NCBI GenBank assembly: GCA_963663035.1
Contig: OY760074.1
Span: 3,040,001-3,104,000, forward strand
Direction of reading: 5' to 3'
From: Acidobacteriota bacterium
GTDB taxonomy: Bacteria > Acidobacteriota > UBA6911 > RPQK01 > JADFOI01
Length of the DNA: 64,000 nucleotides
The notes under the pieces are model-generated. The model worked only from the letters and a program-made list of their open reading frames with translations, did no database searches and was not told the origin of the DNA. Positions 9,764 to 20,526 of this stretch are shown here, in pieces (the stretch's first letter is position 1; each line of letters opens with the position of its first letter). Made by a program: the position numbers and the translations under genes.

Positions 9764-9823
9764 CTAGCCCCTCCTTTTATCATGACATTCACGTTTGCTC
9801 AAGACTACAGCTGTTAACTATAG

Positions 9824-9968
9824 CCGTGATTATACATAGGTTTTCGTGACGAAGTGCCGCAGGCGCCGCGATGATAAGGCGTGCGAGGGGTACCCGCTTG
9901 CGGGTCGCACAACGCAGTCAGCGTGGATGATTGCGGCACTGCAGTAGAAAATCTATGCATTATCCCGG
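9824..9968. mobile_element. MITE/REPIN-like element copy B (end type 2, minimal)
   Basis: Ends CCGTGATTATACATAGGTTTTC...GAAAATCTATGCATTATCCCGG; core GAGGGGTACCCGCTTGCGGGTC, CAACGCAGTCAG, TGCAGTAGA. Confidence 0.75.
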
Positions 9969-9978
9969 CTAAAAGGCC

Positions 9979-11374
<1,396 letters not shown>

Positions 11375-12361
11375 TTATTGTGCCTTCATTCGGCGAATTC
11401 GTTCCTGGACGCGCTCAAGGCTCTCTTGGATTTGCGGATCCTGGTGGATGTCGTGGGCAGTCTGATAGTTTTGGAGGGCTTTGTCGTACTTTTCCTGCTT
11501 TTCATAGACATAGCCTAGCCGCTCGTAAACTCCCCAATTCTCAGGTATGAGTCTGGCACTCTCCAAGAACTCTCTTTCTGCACTCTCCAGGTTCTCGGCA
11601 AAGAGCTGAGCTAAGCCAAGGTTGAAGCGGGCCTCTCCATCCTCTGGATTCTCACTCACATAAGCACCGAGAAGAGCTGCCGCTGCCGCAAAATTTTGGG
11701 CTTCGATGGCATCAATAGCTTCCTCATAGTGCAAACGCGAAAGGTAGTGCTTTGCTGAAGAGGCCGCTGGATCCAAGACCAGCGCTCGTTGCAGATATTT
11801 TTCCGCTTCCGAGTCATTCCCGACTCGGTAATAGGAAATTCCTAGTTGCAAGGCATCATCGGAATCTCCGCTCTGGATGGAAATAGCTTTCTGCAGATCG
11901 GAAATGGCTTGCTCGAAATCATTGACATTGTAGTAAGAAGAGCCTCGCGTATGATAGGTCTGGTATTGGTCTCGAGGGGATTGAGCATAGTTTTCGGCCT
12001 TGATCAGGGTGGGGATAACATCTCGAAACCTGCCACCGTTATAGTAGGCAAGTGCCAACCCATAGTAGGAGACGAAGTTGTCGTTCTTTAGCCGCAGGGC
12101 ATTCTGAAAAGCCTCAGCAGCCTTCTCGTAATCCTTGATCTTTAAGTAGGAATCCCCCAGGATCCGGTGGCCACTTTCATAATCAGGATGGGCCTTGACG
12201 ATCTGCTCGAATTCTTGGATAGCCTGCAAGTACTGACCCTGCTTATAATAGGATAACCCCTTCTGGTAGTCTCCTTCCTGAGCCATCAAGAGAGGCATCG
12301 TACAGGCCAGCAGCACAATCGAAAGAGCTCTTTTGTTCACTTTCTTACTCAAATATTCCAA
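11375..12361 (-). CDS. Exported tetratricopeptide-repeat protein
   Basis: Signal-like N-terminus (ALSIVLLACTMPLLMAQ) and about 8 TPR-like repeats. Confidence 0.85.
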   Translation of the reverse strand: MEYLSKKVNKRALSIVLLACTMPLLMAQEGDYQKGLSYYKQGQYLQAIQEFEQIVKAHPDYESGHRILGDSYLKIKDYEKAAEAFQNALRLKNDNFVSYYGLALAYYNGGRFRDVIPTLIKAENYAQSPRDQYQTYHTRGSSYYNVNDFEQAISDLQKAISIQSGDSDDALQLGISYYRVGNDSEAEKYLQRALVLDPAASSAKHYLSRLHYEEAIDAIEAQNFAAAAALLGAYVSENPEDGEARFNLGLAQLFAENLESAEREFLESARLIPENWGVYERLGYVYEKQEKYDKALQNYQTAHDIHQDPQIQESLERVQERIRRMKAQ

Positions 12362-12785
12362 ACGCCTTCCAGCGTTCGATTTCCGTCCCGGTCGGAATGG
12401 AAATGTTTGCTACCTGTAGATATTGCAGCAGATCAAAAACCTCGATCATTACGAAGTAGGGAACATTCGGTTGGGTCTGGATGATGACGGGTTTCTCAGG
12501 ATTCTGCTCCATCTTCACTTTTATGTAACCGCCCATCTGCTCCAGCGTCATGGGGGTCTTATCCACCAGATACTGTCCTTGTCCTATGATCTTGATGTGA
12601 GTTGCCTCCTCGGGTTGCACATCAAGTTGGTTAGGGTCATCTTCAGGTAAGTCGAACTGCAATCCCCTTGTGGTGACAAATACAGCCGTCAACATGAAAA
12701 AGATGATCAGCAGGAAGGCGATATCAGCCATTGAGGAAGTCGGAATGGTAGCTCCGGCTGAAAGGTGCCCTCTTCTTAATCTCAT
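12345..12785 (-). CDS. exbD: ExbD/TolR biopolymer transport protein
   Basis: PTSSMADIAFLLIIFFM transmembrane segment with the conserved Asp. Confidence 0.88.
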   Translation of the reverse strand: MRLRRGHLSAGATIPTSSMADIAFLLIIFFMLTAVFVTTRGLQFDLPEDDPNQLDVQPEEATHIKIIGQGQYLVDKTPMTLEQMGGYIKVKMEQNPEKPVIIQTQPNVPYFVMIEVFDLLQYLQVANISIPTGTEIERWKAFGIFE

Positions 12786-13216
12786 TCAACACTCTCTGGG
12801 GCTAGTTTCTCCGTCAACAAGCCAATCTTCCTGGCCCCATTGAGGCGTAATTGTTCTAGTACAGCATCAATGAGGTCATAGCGAACCATACGATCGGCTT
12901 TGATGAGAAATTCCTTCTCCGGAATCCACTGAACGATCTCGGCAGTGAGCGGCCCCACTTCTCTTGCCGAGCCCAATGGGAGGGCGGCCCGTTCACCATC
13001 GGTGAATCGAAGGATGCCATCCGCTGAGATGGCTATGATTGCGGAATCTCTCGCTACTTCGGTCCTGATTAGTGATTGTGGAAGTTCTACATTGGTCCGT
13101 TCCTGGGAAAAAGAGGTCGTCAACATGAAGAAAACGACTAGCAGAAAGGCAATATCTGCCATGGAGGCGGTGGGAATTAAAGGAGCAATCCTACGAGATT
13201 GAGGACGGTTCTTCAT
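12782..13216 (-). CDS. exbD: ExbD/TolR biopolymer transport protein
   Basis: PTASMADIAFLLVVFFM; LIKAD. Confidence 0.88.
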   Translation of the reverse strand: MKNRPQSRRIAPLIPTASMADIAFLLVVFFMLTTSFSQERTNVELPQSLIRTEVARDSAIIAISADGILRFTDGERAALPLGSAREVGPLTAEIVQWIPEKEFLIKADRMVRYDLIDAVLEQLRLNGARKIGLLTEKLAPESVE

Positions 13217-13890
13217 ATCACCTGGGTTTGCTCTTCACCGATTTCTCCCGTGCTGCTTTCTCCGGGCGTTCCCTCCTCAATTTCACTGAAGGTCTCCAAG
13301 AGCATAGAAGAGCTGGTTTCCATGTCCAGGGCAAAGTTAGACACCCTATTATTGAAGTAATTGTAGGCAGCCTGGACAACCAAGGCGATGCTCAGGCCAG
13401 TGGCAGTCGTGATCAGGGCCTCCGAGATACCACCGGCCACCGCCTGAGGATTGCCCAATCCTACTTCAGCCAAGGCTTCAAAGGAGGCAATCATTCCTGT
13501 GACGGTTCCGAGAAAACCTAGGAGAGGGGAGATATTGGCCAGGGTGGCCAGGATCCACAGGCCTTTCTCCAATTTGGACAATTCATGCAAGGCCACGCTT
13601 TCCATGGCTTTTTCGATCTCGTCGCGGGACTTCCCGAAACGCAGCACTCCCGACTTCAGAGTGGTCGCCACGGGATGATCGAAGGATTCGCAAGACTCAA
13701 CAGAGCCACGGAAGTCTCTCGCTAGAAGCATGTCGCGAATGGTTGAAAAGATCTCTGCCGTATCTCCTTTGATCCGAGAGTAGGCGATGACCTTTTCTAT
13801 GATGAAAATCAGGCCAACTATCGAGCAGAGAAGCAGCGGCCACATCAGTGGGCCACCCTGACGAAAGTAGACGAAAAGAGTTCCGCCCAT
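13213..13890 (-). CDS. exbB: MotA/TolQ/ExbB proton channel protein
   Basis: SPLLGFLGTVTGMI, GISEALITTATGL. Confidence 0.9.
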   Translation of the reverse strand: MGGTLFVYFRQGGPLMWPLLLCSIVGLIFIIEKVIAYSRIKGDTAEIFSTIRDMLLARDFRGSVESCESFDHPVATTLKSGVLRFGKSRDEIEKAMESVALHELSKLEKGLWILATLANISPLLGFLGTVTGMIASFEALAEVGLGNPQAVAGGISEALITTATGLSIALVVQAAYNYFNNRVSNFALDMETSSSMLLETFSEIEEGTPGESSTGEIGEEQTQVI

Positions 13891-13974
13891 AACTTCTTAT
13901 TCCTCCAGTCTTTTGAGCGACACCCACTTAGATTCAGTGAAACAGGAAAAGTCTCGCCCTACTATTGATGAATC

Positions 13975-14004
13975 ATGATAATGGTGGCCTCTGGTTGAAG
14001 TCAA
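13975..14004 (-). promoter_or_regulatory. Putative sigma70 promoter of exbB
   Basis: TTGACT-N18-TATCAT on the minus strand. Confidence 0.5.
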
Positions 14005-14035
14005 ACCGGCGGACCCGGCTGAGCCGCTCAACGTT

Positions 14036-15418
14036 TCAAGGAATCTTGATGTTGAGGCGTTTGAGTTTTTCGTTGAGGGTGCTCCGATTAACGCGGAGCA
14101 AGCTGGCGGCTTTCTTCTGACTCCACTCTGCTTGCTCCAGAGCCCTCATGATCACCGTCTTCTCATATTCCAAGACCAGATCTTTTAAACTGGCACCATT
14201 TTCAAGAGCATTCAAACGGCTGAGATTCACTGAGGTGGAAGGCACGATTTTACGAGGAAATAAGTCTTGAGTGATGAGGCCGTCATCAGGAGCCAACACC
14301 ACTGCCCTTTCCATCACGTTTTCAAGTTCTCGAACATTTCCCGGCCAATCGCACTCCATGAGCAGTTTCATTGTCGACTGGTCCAAGCGGCACTCCGGCC
14401 CATCATTCTCCTGAGAGAAGCGTTGGAGGAAGTGTTCGGCCAGAAGGGGAACGTCCCCCTTGCGCTCTCGCAACGGTGGAAGCCTGATGTTGATCACGTT
14501 TAAGCGGTAATAGAGATCTTCACGAAACTGGTGTTGTTCCACTGCTTCCTTGAGATCAACGTTGGTGGCGGCGATAATGCGGACATCCACCTTGAGATTT
14601 TCCAGTCCGCCCACCCGTCGGAATTCTCTCTCCTGGATCACCCGCAGTAACTTGGCCTGAGTGTCAAGGGGCAGGGTACCCACTTCGTCAAGGAAAATGC
14701 TTCCACCATCAGCAACTTCAAACAATCCCTGTTTACTGGAAATGGCCCCAGTAAAGGCCCCTTTCACGTGGCCGAACAGTTCACTTTCCAACAAATCGAT
14801 GGGGATAGACCCGCTGTTGACCGTTACAAATTCACCATTCGAGCGAGAACTGCAGTGGTGGATGGCTTTAGCCACCAACTCCTTGCCAGTGCCACTCTCT
14901 CCCACAACGAGAACAGTACTTCGACGCGGGGCCACTTGAGTAATCAAGTCGAAAACCTTTTGCATTTCCTCACTTTTGCCAACCATCTTCTCGAAGGTGA
15001 AGCGCTCTTTGAGAGTCCTCTTGAGCCCGCGGTTTTCGATTTCCAAACTGCGTTTTTTCAAGCCGTTCTTGACGACCAACAGGAGTTCCTCGTTCCTAAA
15101 CGGTTTGGTGATGAAGTCAAAAGCGCCGGCTTTGGTGGCCTCCACCGCATTTCCTACCGAACCGTAAGCAGAGATCATGACAACCACTGTATCGGAATCG
15201 ATCTGCCCTATTTGCTCCAGAGCCGCCAGCCCACCCATTGCGGGAAGCATGAGGTCCAGGAGAACGAGATCGGGGGACTCTTCCTCGACCTTTTCGACGC
15301 CTTCTTCACCGGTTGCGGCCCAAGACACACGATAGCCCTCTTGCTCAAGGAGTGTCGTGATGACATCGCGCATAATCTCTTCGTCATCAATAACCAGAAT
15401 GAAAGGTCGAGTTGACAT
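14036..15418 (-). CDS. Sigma54-dependent response regulator (NtrC/AtoC family)
   Basis: REC domain (DDE, LLD), GESGTGKE, GAFTGA, FREDLYYRL, WPGNVRELEN, Fis-type HTH. Confidence 0.95.
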   Translation of the reverse strand: MSTRPFILVIDDEEIMRDVITTLLEQEGYRVSWAATGEEGVEKVEEESPDLVLLDLMLPAMGGLAALEQIGQIDSDTVVVMISAYGSVGNAVEATKAGAFDFITKPFRNEELLLVVKNGLKKRSLEIENRGLKRTLKERFTFEKMVGKSEEMQKVFDLITQVAPRRSTVLVVGESGTGKELVAKAIHHCSSRSNGEFVTVNSGSIPIDLLESELFGHVKGAFTGAISSKQGLFEVADGGSIFLDEVGTLPLDTQAKLLRVIQEREFRRVGGLENLKVDVRIIAATNVDLKEAVEQHQFREDLYYRLNVINIRLPPLRERKGDVPLLAEHFLQRFSQENDGPECRLDQSTMKLLMECDWPGNVRELENVMERAVVLAPDDGLITQDLFPRKIVPSTSVNLSRLNALENGASLKDLVLEYEKTVIMRALEQAEWSQKKAASLLRVNRSTLNEKLKRLNIKIP

Positions 15419-15431
15419 GGGCTGGGCTAAC

Positions 15432-18302
15432 TCAGTGGATACGCTTCAGCGGGAGATTGAGTCGAAAGGTGGAGCCCAGGCCTGCGCTGCTCTCCACGCT
15501 GATTCGTCCGGAATGCTCTTGGATGATTCCATAGCAGATGGAGAGACCGAGGCCTGTACCTCTCCCCACTTCCTTGGTCGTAAAAAAAGGATCGTAAATT
15601 CTTTTAATGTTTTGATCGGAAATCCCGGTCCCGGAATCCTTAATTCTGATCACCAGCTGAGAATCCTCACAGTGAGTCCTCACCGTCAGTTGACCGCCGG
15701 CAGGCATAGCGTCTTTGGCATTGAGAAAAAGGTTCATGAACACCTGCTGAAGCTTTCCTCCGTTGGCCGCGGTGGGAGGGAGCATTGGGTCCAGATCCAG
15801 CTTGACGTCAATATTGGTCTTTCGAAACTGGTGATCCAGCAGAGAAAGGGTTTCCAGCATCAACCCATTGATATTCACTGTCTGAAAGTCGGAATCTCTC
15901 ACTCGCGCGAGATTGAGCAAATTGTCCACAATATTGGAAGCTCGAAAGCTCTGTTTTTCGATCTTTTTCAAAACTTCATAGCGAAAGTCCTCAGGGGGAG
16001 TTTCCTTCAGAAGCATCTGCGTGTAACTGCAAACACCGGTCAGCGGAGTATTGATCTCATGTGCAATTCCCGCTGCCAGTAAGCCGATCGAGCTCAGTTT
16101 TTCCGACTGGAGCAACTGCTTCTCAAGTTGAACCTTCTCGGTGATATCGTCAAAAACCAGCAATGTGCCTGTCACGAGGCCATCCTGCAGGAAAAATGGT
16201 GCAAGAGTTATGTTCACCAATCGGCTGGGGCCTCCTTGCATTTGGATATTGGTCTTATAAAGTCGGCTGGTTTGGGCCGTTTCCCATCGTGGACCTTCGA
16301 CAATCTTCCCCATGGTACGGATGAGATCTGCTGGAAGGACTTCGGAAATATTTCTACCCAAGACCTTAGCTCGCTCCAGGCCACAGATCTCCTGCATGGC
16401 ATTATTCCAAACAGTTATTTCTCCTTCAGGACTCACGGCAAGAACACCCACTGTTATGCTCTTGACAATGTTTTCGCTGTAGGCCTTCAGCTGAGCTAAT
16501 TCACTGGTCTTGCCCTCAAGTGAGCGATAGAGTAAAGCATTATCGATAGCAATCGCAGCATAACCGGATAGAGTACCCATCAAGTCAAGATCTTCACTGC
16601 TGAGAAGTTCAGCATTAAACCGTTTCCCCATCGCCCAGAATCCAATGGCCCGATTATGCACCCGCAGCGGCTGAACATAATGCAAGTGGTATCGGGCCAG
16701 TTCCTTTCTGATGCGGTCAACCTGCTCACTGGGCAATAACAGAAGGAGCGGATTTAATTCTCGATCAAAATCGGAAAAAACGTCCTCCGGGACAACCAGT
16801 GCCTTCAGTCCATCCCCATTCAGTGGCAGATCCTGGCCGTGATAAAGCCGGTACACGTCTGCCTGAAAATCAACTCGGAGAAAAAAAGCCACCGGGGTTA
16901 CGTTCAGAGTTCTTCGAATCCGCTCTGCAATCTTCTCTGTGAGTGGCGAAAGTCTAATTTCTGAACTCAGCGTCCTACCGAAATCTGCTAACGACCGCCG
17001 GTAGTGATACTCCTCTTGATAGAAGTAGCGATCGATCTGGGTTTGAATCTTGTTTTTCAAAGGGGCGAACAGAATGGCCACCAAGAGCGCCGCCACCGCA
17101 AAAAGCACAAAGCCCGATTCCGGGGAAAAATCCTGGATGGCACGACCAATTAAGAGGACAATCCCCACATAGAGGCCTAAGAGCGCTGAACTAGCCAGAA
17201 CGTAGACCGCACCCTGTCTGAAAATCAGTTTGACGTCCGTGAGCCGGTGTTTGGTGATGGCGTAGCCGAAGCTCAAGGGTACCAGCGCCAACCCCAGCAG
17301 GGACACTTCCATGTAGGGAGAAATCGGCAGCCCGATCAAGAAGGGAAGAGCGTAAAAACAGACGAAGGGAAGGATGCCGATCAAAGTGCCCCAAGTGACC
17401 CACTTCATCTGCAGCCGGTGAATAAAAGAAGCTCCCACACGACTGGAATAAATCAGTACGACACTTCCCAACAGAAAAAGGGTCACAAAATGGGCTAAGT
17501 GAACCCGGTCGAAAAACAATGCCAGCCGTTCAACGCGTGGCAAACCAAGCTGCTGCAGACTGCCAGAAAACCAAAGTCCATGAAGTCCCAGCAGACAGAG
17601 AGCTGGTAGATATAAGACCCAGCTCAGGAAGGGTGAATTTCGAAGGAAGGAAACATGTTGGGGGAAATTGCAACAAAAGTGGAGGAAAAGCGGTGGCAGA
17701 AGTAAAAAGGCCGTGGCGGAACACCAGTAAATGAATACATCAAAGGTGTCAGCACGTCCCGAATAGCGATAAGCGTAAAGCACAAAGGCAACCAGACAAA
17801 TGAGATAAAACTGGAAAGCACCTCGAGCTTTCCAGTTGGGTAAGAATATAAATATTCCAACGCCCAGGTAGGCCAAGGCCAACACCCCAAGTAAGAGGTC
17901 AGTGAAGTCAGTGCCCAGGCTCAGTTGAATCTCGACAGCGTATGAAACCTGGTCACCCGATCCCGCCTTTTCTACCAGGTAGGTCACTTGGGCAGCCGGG
18001 GAAGAGGTTTCCATCAGCAGCTCTATGATTTCAGTGTACTCATCCAGGCCTTGGATACCTATGCCATTGATGCTGACCAGACGATCACCTTCGGCCAGAT
18101 CACTCAGCTCGGTTGGGGGGGGGGTTCTCACTGACTCCACCTCCACTCCTCGCTGCGTCTGGGTCCAGTTCACGCCATCAGACGGCCGCTTCCAAACCCT
18201 CCGGTCCAGCAGATTCAAAAGTCCGATGTACATGGAAAGGCCCGATAACACCAGGACCAAAACCACTTTGAAATGCCTGAATAAACCCATCAAATCACCC
18301 AA
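15432..18302 (-). CDS. Membrane sensor histidine kinase (PDZ-like, multi-TM, GAF, PAS, HisKA, HATPase)
   Basis: GDRLVSING PDZ-like segment, several TM helices, AHEINTPL H-box, NAKDA, PFFTTK, GTGLGL; start may be ATG 18290. Confidence 0.92.
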   Translation of the reverse strand: MGDLMGLFRHFKVVLVLVLSGLSMYIGLLNLLDRRVWKRPSDGVNWTQTQRGVEVESVRTPPPTELSDLAEGDRLVSINGIGIQGLDEYTEIIELLMETSSPAAQVTYLVEKAGSGDQVSYAVEIQLSLGTDFTDLLLGVLALAYLGVGIFIFLPNWKARGAFQFYLICLVAFVLYAYRYSGRADTFDVFIYWCSATAFLLLPPLFLHFCCNFPQHVSFLRNSPFLSWVLYLPALCLLGLHGLWFSGSLQQLGLPRVERLALFFDRVHLAHFVTLFLLGSVVLIYSSRVGASFIHRLQMKWVTWGTLIGILPFVCFYALPFLIGLPISPYMEVSLLGLALVPLSFGYAITKHRLTDVKLIFRQGAVYVLASSALLGLYVGIVLLIGRAIQDFSPESGFVLFAVAALLVAILFAPLKNKIQTQIDRYFYQEEYHYRRSLADFGRTLSSEIRLSPLTEKIAERIRRTLNVTPVAFFLRVDFQADVYRLYHGQDLPLNGDGLKALVVPEDVFSDFDRELNPLLLLLPSEQVDRIRKELARYHLHYVQPLRVHNRAIGFWAMGKRFNAELLSSEDLDLMGTLSGYAAIAIDNALLYRSLEGKTSELAQLKAYSENIVKSITVGVLAVSPEGEITVWNNAMQEICGLERAKVLGRNISEVLPADLIRTMGKIVEGPRWETAQTSRLYKTNIQMQGGPSRLVNITLAPFFLQDGLVTGTLLVFDDITEKVQLEKQLLQSEKLSSIGLLAAGIAHEINTPLTGVCSYTQMLLKETPPEDFRYEVLKKIEKQSFRASNIVDNLLNLARVRDSDFQTVNINGLMLETLSLLDHQFRKTNIDVKLDLDPMLPPTAANGGKLQQVFMNLFLNAKDAMPAGGQLTVRTHCEDSQLVIRIKDSGTGISDQNIKRIYDPFFTTKEVGRGTGLGLSICYGIIQEHSGRISVESSAGLGSTFRLNLPLKRIH

Positions 18303-18339
18303 CTGAGCTAATTAAGCATAGAATATCCAAAAGCTCTGG

Positions 18340-18356
18340 AGCAACTTCAGTGCCAA
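18340..18356 (-). promoter_or_regulatory. Sigma54 -24/-12 promoter
   Basis: Minus strand TTGGCACTGAAGTTGCT, a consensus GG-N10-GC, just upstream of the kinase gene. Confidence 0.75.
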
Positions 18357-18447
18357 AGCCTGCATTGCACGACTGAGCATCTGTTACTGTTGCATACACA
18401 CCACATAGCCAGCCGGGCCTACCCGTACACTACAGGAACACTGCCCC

Positions 18448-18489
18448 CTGGTTCAAATTTTTGGATTTTGATTCAAAAATTTGAACCAG
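18448..18489. promoter_or_regulatory. Putative tandem enhancer (UAS) for a sigma54 activator
   Basis: Perfect 16-bp inverted repeat CTGGTTCAAATTTTTG-N10-CAAAAATTTGAACCAG, built from two near-palindromes of consensus GTTCAAA-N2-TTTGAAC 20 bp apart. Confidence 0.6.
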
Positions 18490-18527
18490 AATCCCCGTTA
18501 GCGTTTACGGAAAAGTGTTCTAGAAAG

Positions 18528-18723
18528 CCCGCATTTCTCAGACCAGCTCGTCGCGAAGCGGCGGAAGGGCCGGCAAACAGAGCCGTGGGCTTTAGCCCAC
18601 GGGCCCGCAGGCTAGAGCCTGCGGGCCCGACTGGCGCGCGAGGGGTACCCGCTTGCGGGTCGTGCAACGCAGTCAGGTCGGATCATTGCGCCGATGCAGT
18701 AGAGCGGGTGTGAGGAGTGCGGG
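18528..18723. mobile_element. MITE/REPIN-like element copy C (end type 1, with REP-like module)
   Basis: CCCGCATTTCTCAG...GTGAGGAGTGCGGG followed by CTAG, which contains the stop codon of the adjacent gene. Confidence 0.8.
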
Positions 18724-20526
18724 CTAGAACCGCACAGAGATGCCACCACGGACAGTCCTAGGATTGCGTACCAGAGAAAGATCTTCCATGTCTACGCGGA
18801 CCGTACCCAAGTCTTCATTGGTGAGGTTGCGGATGTCTACAAGAGCTTCGATTTCATAGGCTGACATGAAATCCAGTCCCAGAAAGGTCAACCAGTTGGT
18901 CGGGACAGGAACCACCTGACGGACGAAAAGATTGATTCCTTCGTTGCCCGTCTCGTAGGTGTCAGCGAAGGCATCCAGAGTCGTCAGGGGATTGCCATTT
19001 GAGAGGAACTTCACCAAGGCACTCAGGTGGGTCCGGGAAGATGGAATGTAAGCTTCCACTTCGGTGGCAACGGTATAGTAGCCTTGGCGTTCAATCAGTG
19101 GCTGCAAGGTAGTGTCATCAGCTAGAACCAGAGTCACACCATCCCGACTGAGCCCAGCTGCCCTTCCACGAATGTAGGAAACAGACGTCTTCACGCTGTT
19201 ACCCAAACGTCGACGGACCACAACTCGGTATCCCCGGTTGGTCGCCTCTTCATCGTCCAGATGGAAAATTTGCCGATCTGGCCGATCTGGATGAGACTCG
19301 AAGACAGCCAGAAACGCTGTTGTTCCACCGATGAGCTGATTCTCATAAGCTGCAAACTCGATCTCGGTATTTTCCATCAACTGCTGGGTGATGCTGCCTC
19401 GGTAATGACGTGGCACTCCAAAACTGAATCGATCACCCATCCGGGAGAAAGAAACAGCCTCCCGCAAGTTCATCACATCCCCGTTCGGTAGAACTAAACT
19501 CCCCGTGTAGGTTGGGCGTTTGGAGGCCATCTGAACTCGAACTTTCGACTTTTCGGTAGGGGAGTAGGAGACTTCCACATTGGGACTCAGGAAGGTCTGG
19601 CGGTGATTAGAATCCACCCTATTGAGCTCCAAACCCCAAATCAGGGAAAGAGTCTCGCCCAAATTCCATTCTTCCTGGACCCCCAGACTCAGAATCTTGG
19701 TGGTTTCCAGAGTTCGTGAGGAATCCAGTTCTTCACCCAGCTTTTCGGGCTGATCGAGAAGGGCCAAGCCAGGTTGCTCAAGACTCACCCGCCCGTAGCC
19801 AAAGAACACTCCAAGGTTGTGAGAGTCGCTGAGTGAATACTCGACAGCGTTTTTCATGCGCCACAAGGCGTCTTCTCCCGAATTGAGCTGGCCTGCCAAA
19901 ACATACTTCCTGTCGCCCCCCATCGATTGAGTAACGGCGAAGTTGCTGGTTGTCCCTCCTGCCGCATCACCGGGAGAGACCGGAGAATTCTTTCTTAGCC
20001 CTGCATTGCCATAGACTTTCAAGACCGCTTCTCCAGGGAAAGATCCCGAAGTCCGCTTAAGAGAGGCTTCGCTTGCCGCTTGGGGAAGGTTGCGGAAAAC
20101 TAATCTTTCATCGCCCGCGTTGCGAAGGAGTGTTTTTACACTGAGGTTCTCCTCCTGGGGAAAACCCAGCCCAAACAGCTGTTGAAGAACCAGGCTTGCT
20201 ACCGTGGTCTTACCCGGGGCGACCTCGATCACGTTCTTCCTCAGGTTCAGATATTTTGCGCTTTTTACCAGAACCTCGTAATTCCCAGGTGCGATGTTGT
20301 TAAAACGAATCTCACCGCTCCCATCGCTGCGGCCCAGAATGGGTAAGGCCTGCGATGAAGGCGTCCGGAGAAGCACAATCAGGATATTGGACAGTGGTCT
20401 TCCCGACTGGTCCTGGATCAGACCGCTGACGTGCCCGGAGGAGGAAGCAGCCAAATATTGAGTAGCGAAGCAGAGAAGAACCAGAGCCCAGAGGATAAAA
20501 GGAGAACGCTTAGATCCTACAATCAT
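18724..20526 (-). CDS. Exported protein: carboxypeptidase-regulatory-like domain plus probable beta-barrel (TBDT-like)
   Basis: Signal peptide, G.V.D.SG.PL / PG.YEV.V pattern, alternating beta-strands, C-terminal GGISVRF. Start placed at ATG 20526; the ORF is open to 20598. Confidence 0.7.
   Translation of the reverse strand: MIVGSKRSPFILWALVLLCFATQYLAASSSGHVSGLIQDQSGRPLSNILIVLLRTPSSQALPILGRSDGSGEIRFNNIAPGNYEVLVKSAKYLNLRKNVIEVAPGKTTVASLVLQQLFGLGFPQEENLSVKTLLRNAGDERLVFRNLPQAASEASLKRTSGSFPGEAVLKVYGNAGLRKNSPVSPGDAAGGTTSNFAVTQSMGGDRKYVLAGQLNSGEDALWRMKNAVEYSLSDSHNLGVFFGYGRVSLEQPGLALLDQPEKLGEELDSSRTLETTKILSLGVQEEWNLGETLSLIWGLELNRVDSNHRQTFLSPNVEVSYSPTEKSKVRVQMASKRPTYTGSLVLPNGDVMNLREAVSFSRMGDRFSFGVPRHYRGSITQQLMENTEIEFAAYENQLIGGTTAFLAVFESHPDRPDRQIFHLDDEEATNRGYRVVVRRRLGNSVKTSVSYIRGRAAGLSRDGVTLVLADDTTLQPLIERQGYYTVATEVEAYIPSSRTHLSALVKFLSNGNPLTTLDAFADTYETGNEGINLFVRQVVPVPTNWLTFLGLDFMSAYEIEALVDIRNLTNEDLGTVRVDMEDLSLVRNPRTVRGGISVRF

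Noticed and set aside
9480-9792. Small ORFs over the repeat elements (also 18390-18713, 18473-18667, 29892-30293, 45022-45442)
   Set aside because: They are translations of GC-rich palindromic non-coding repeats; their mutual similarity comes from the DNA repeat.
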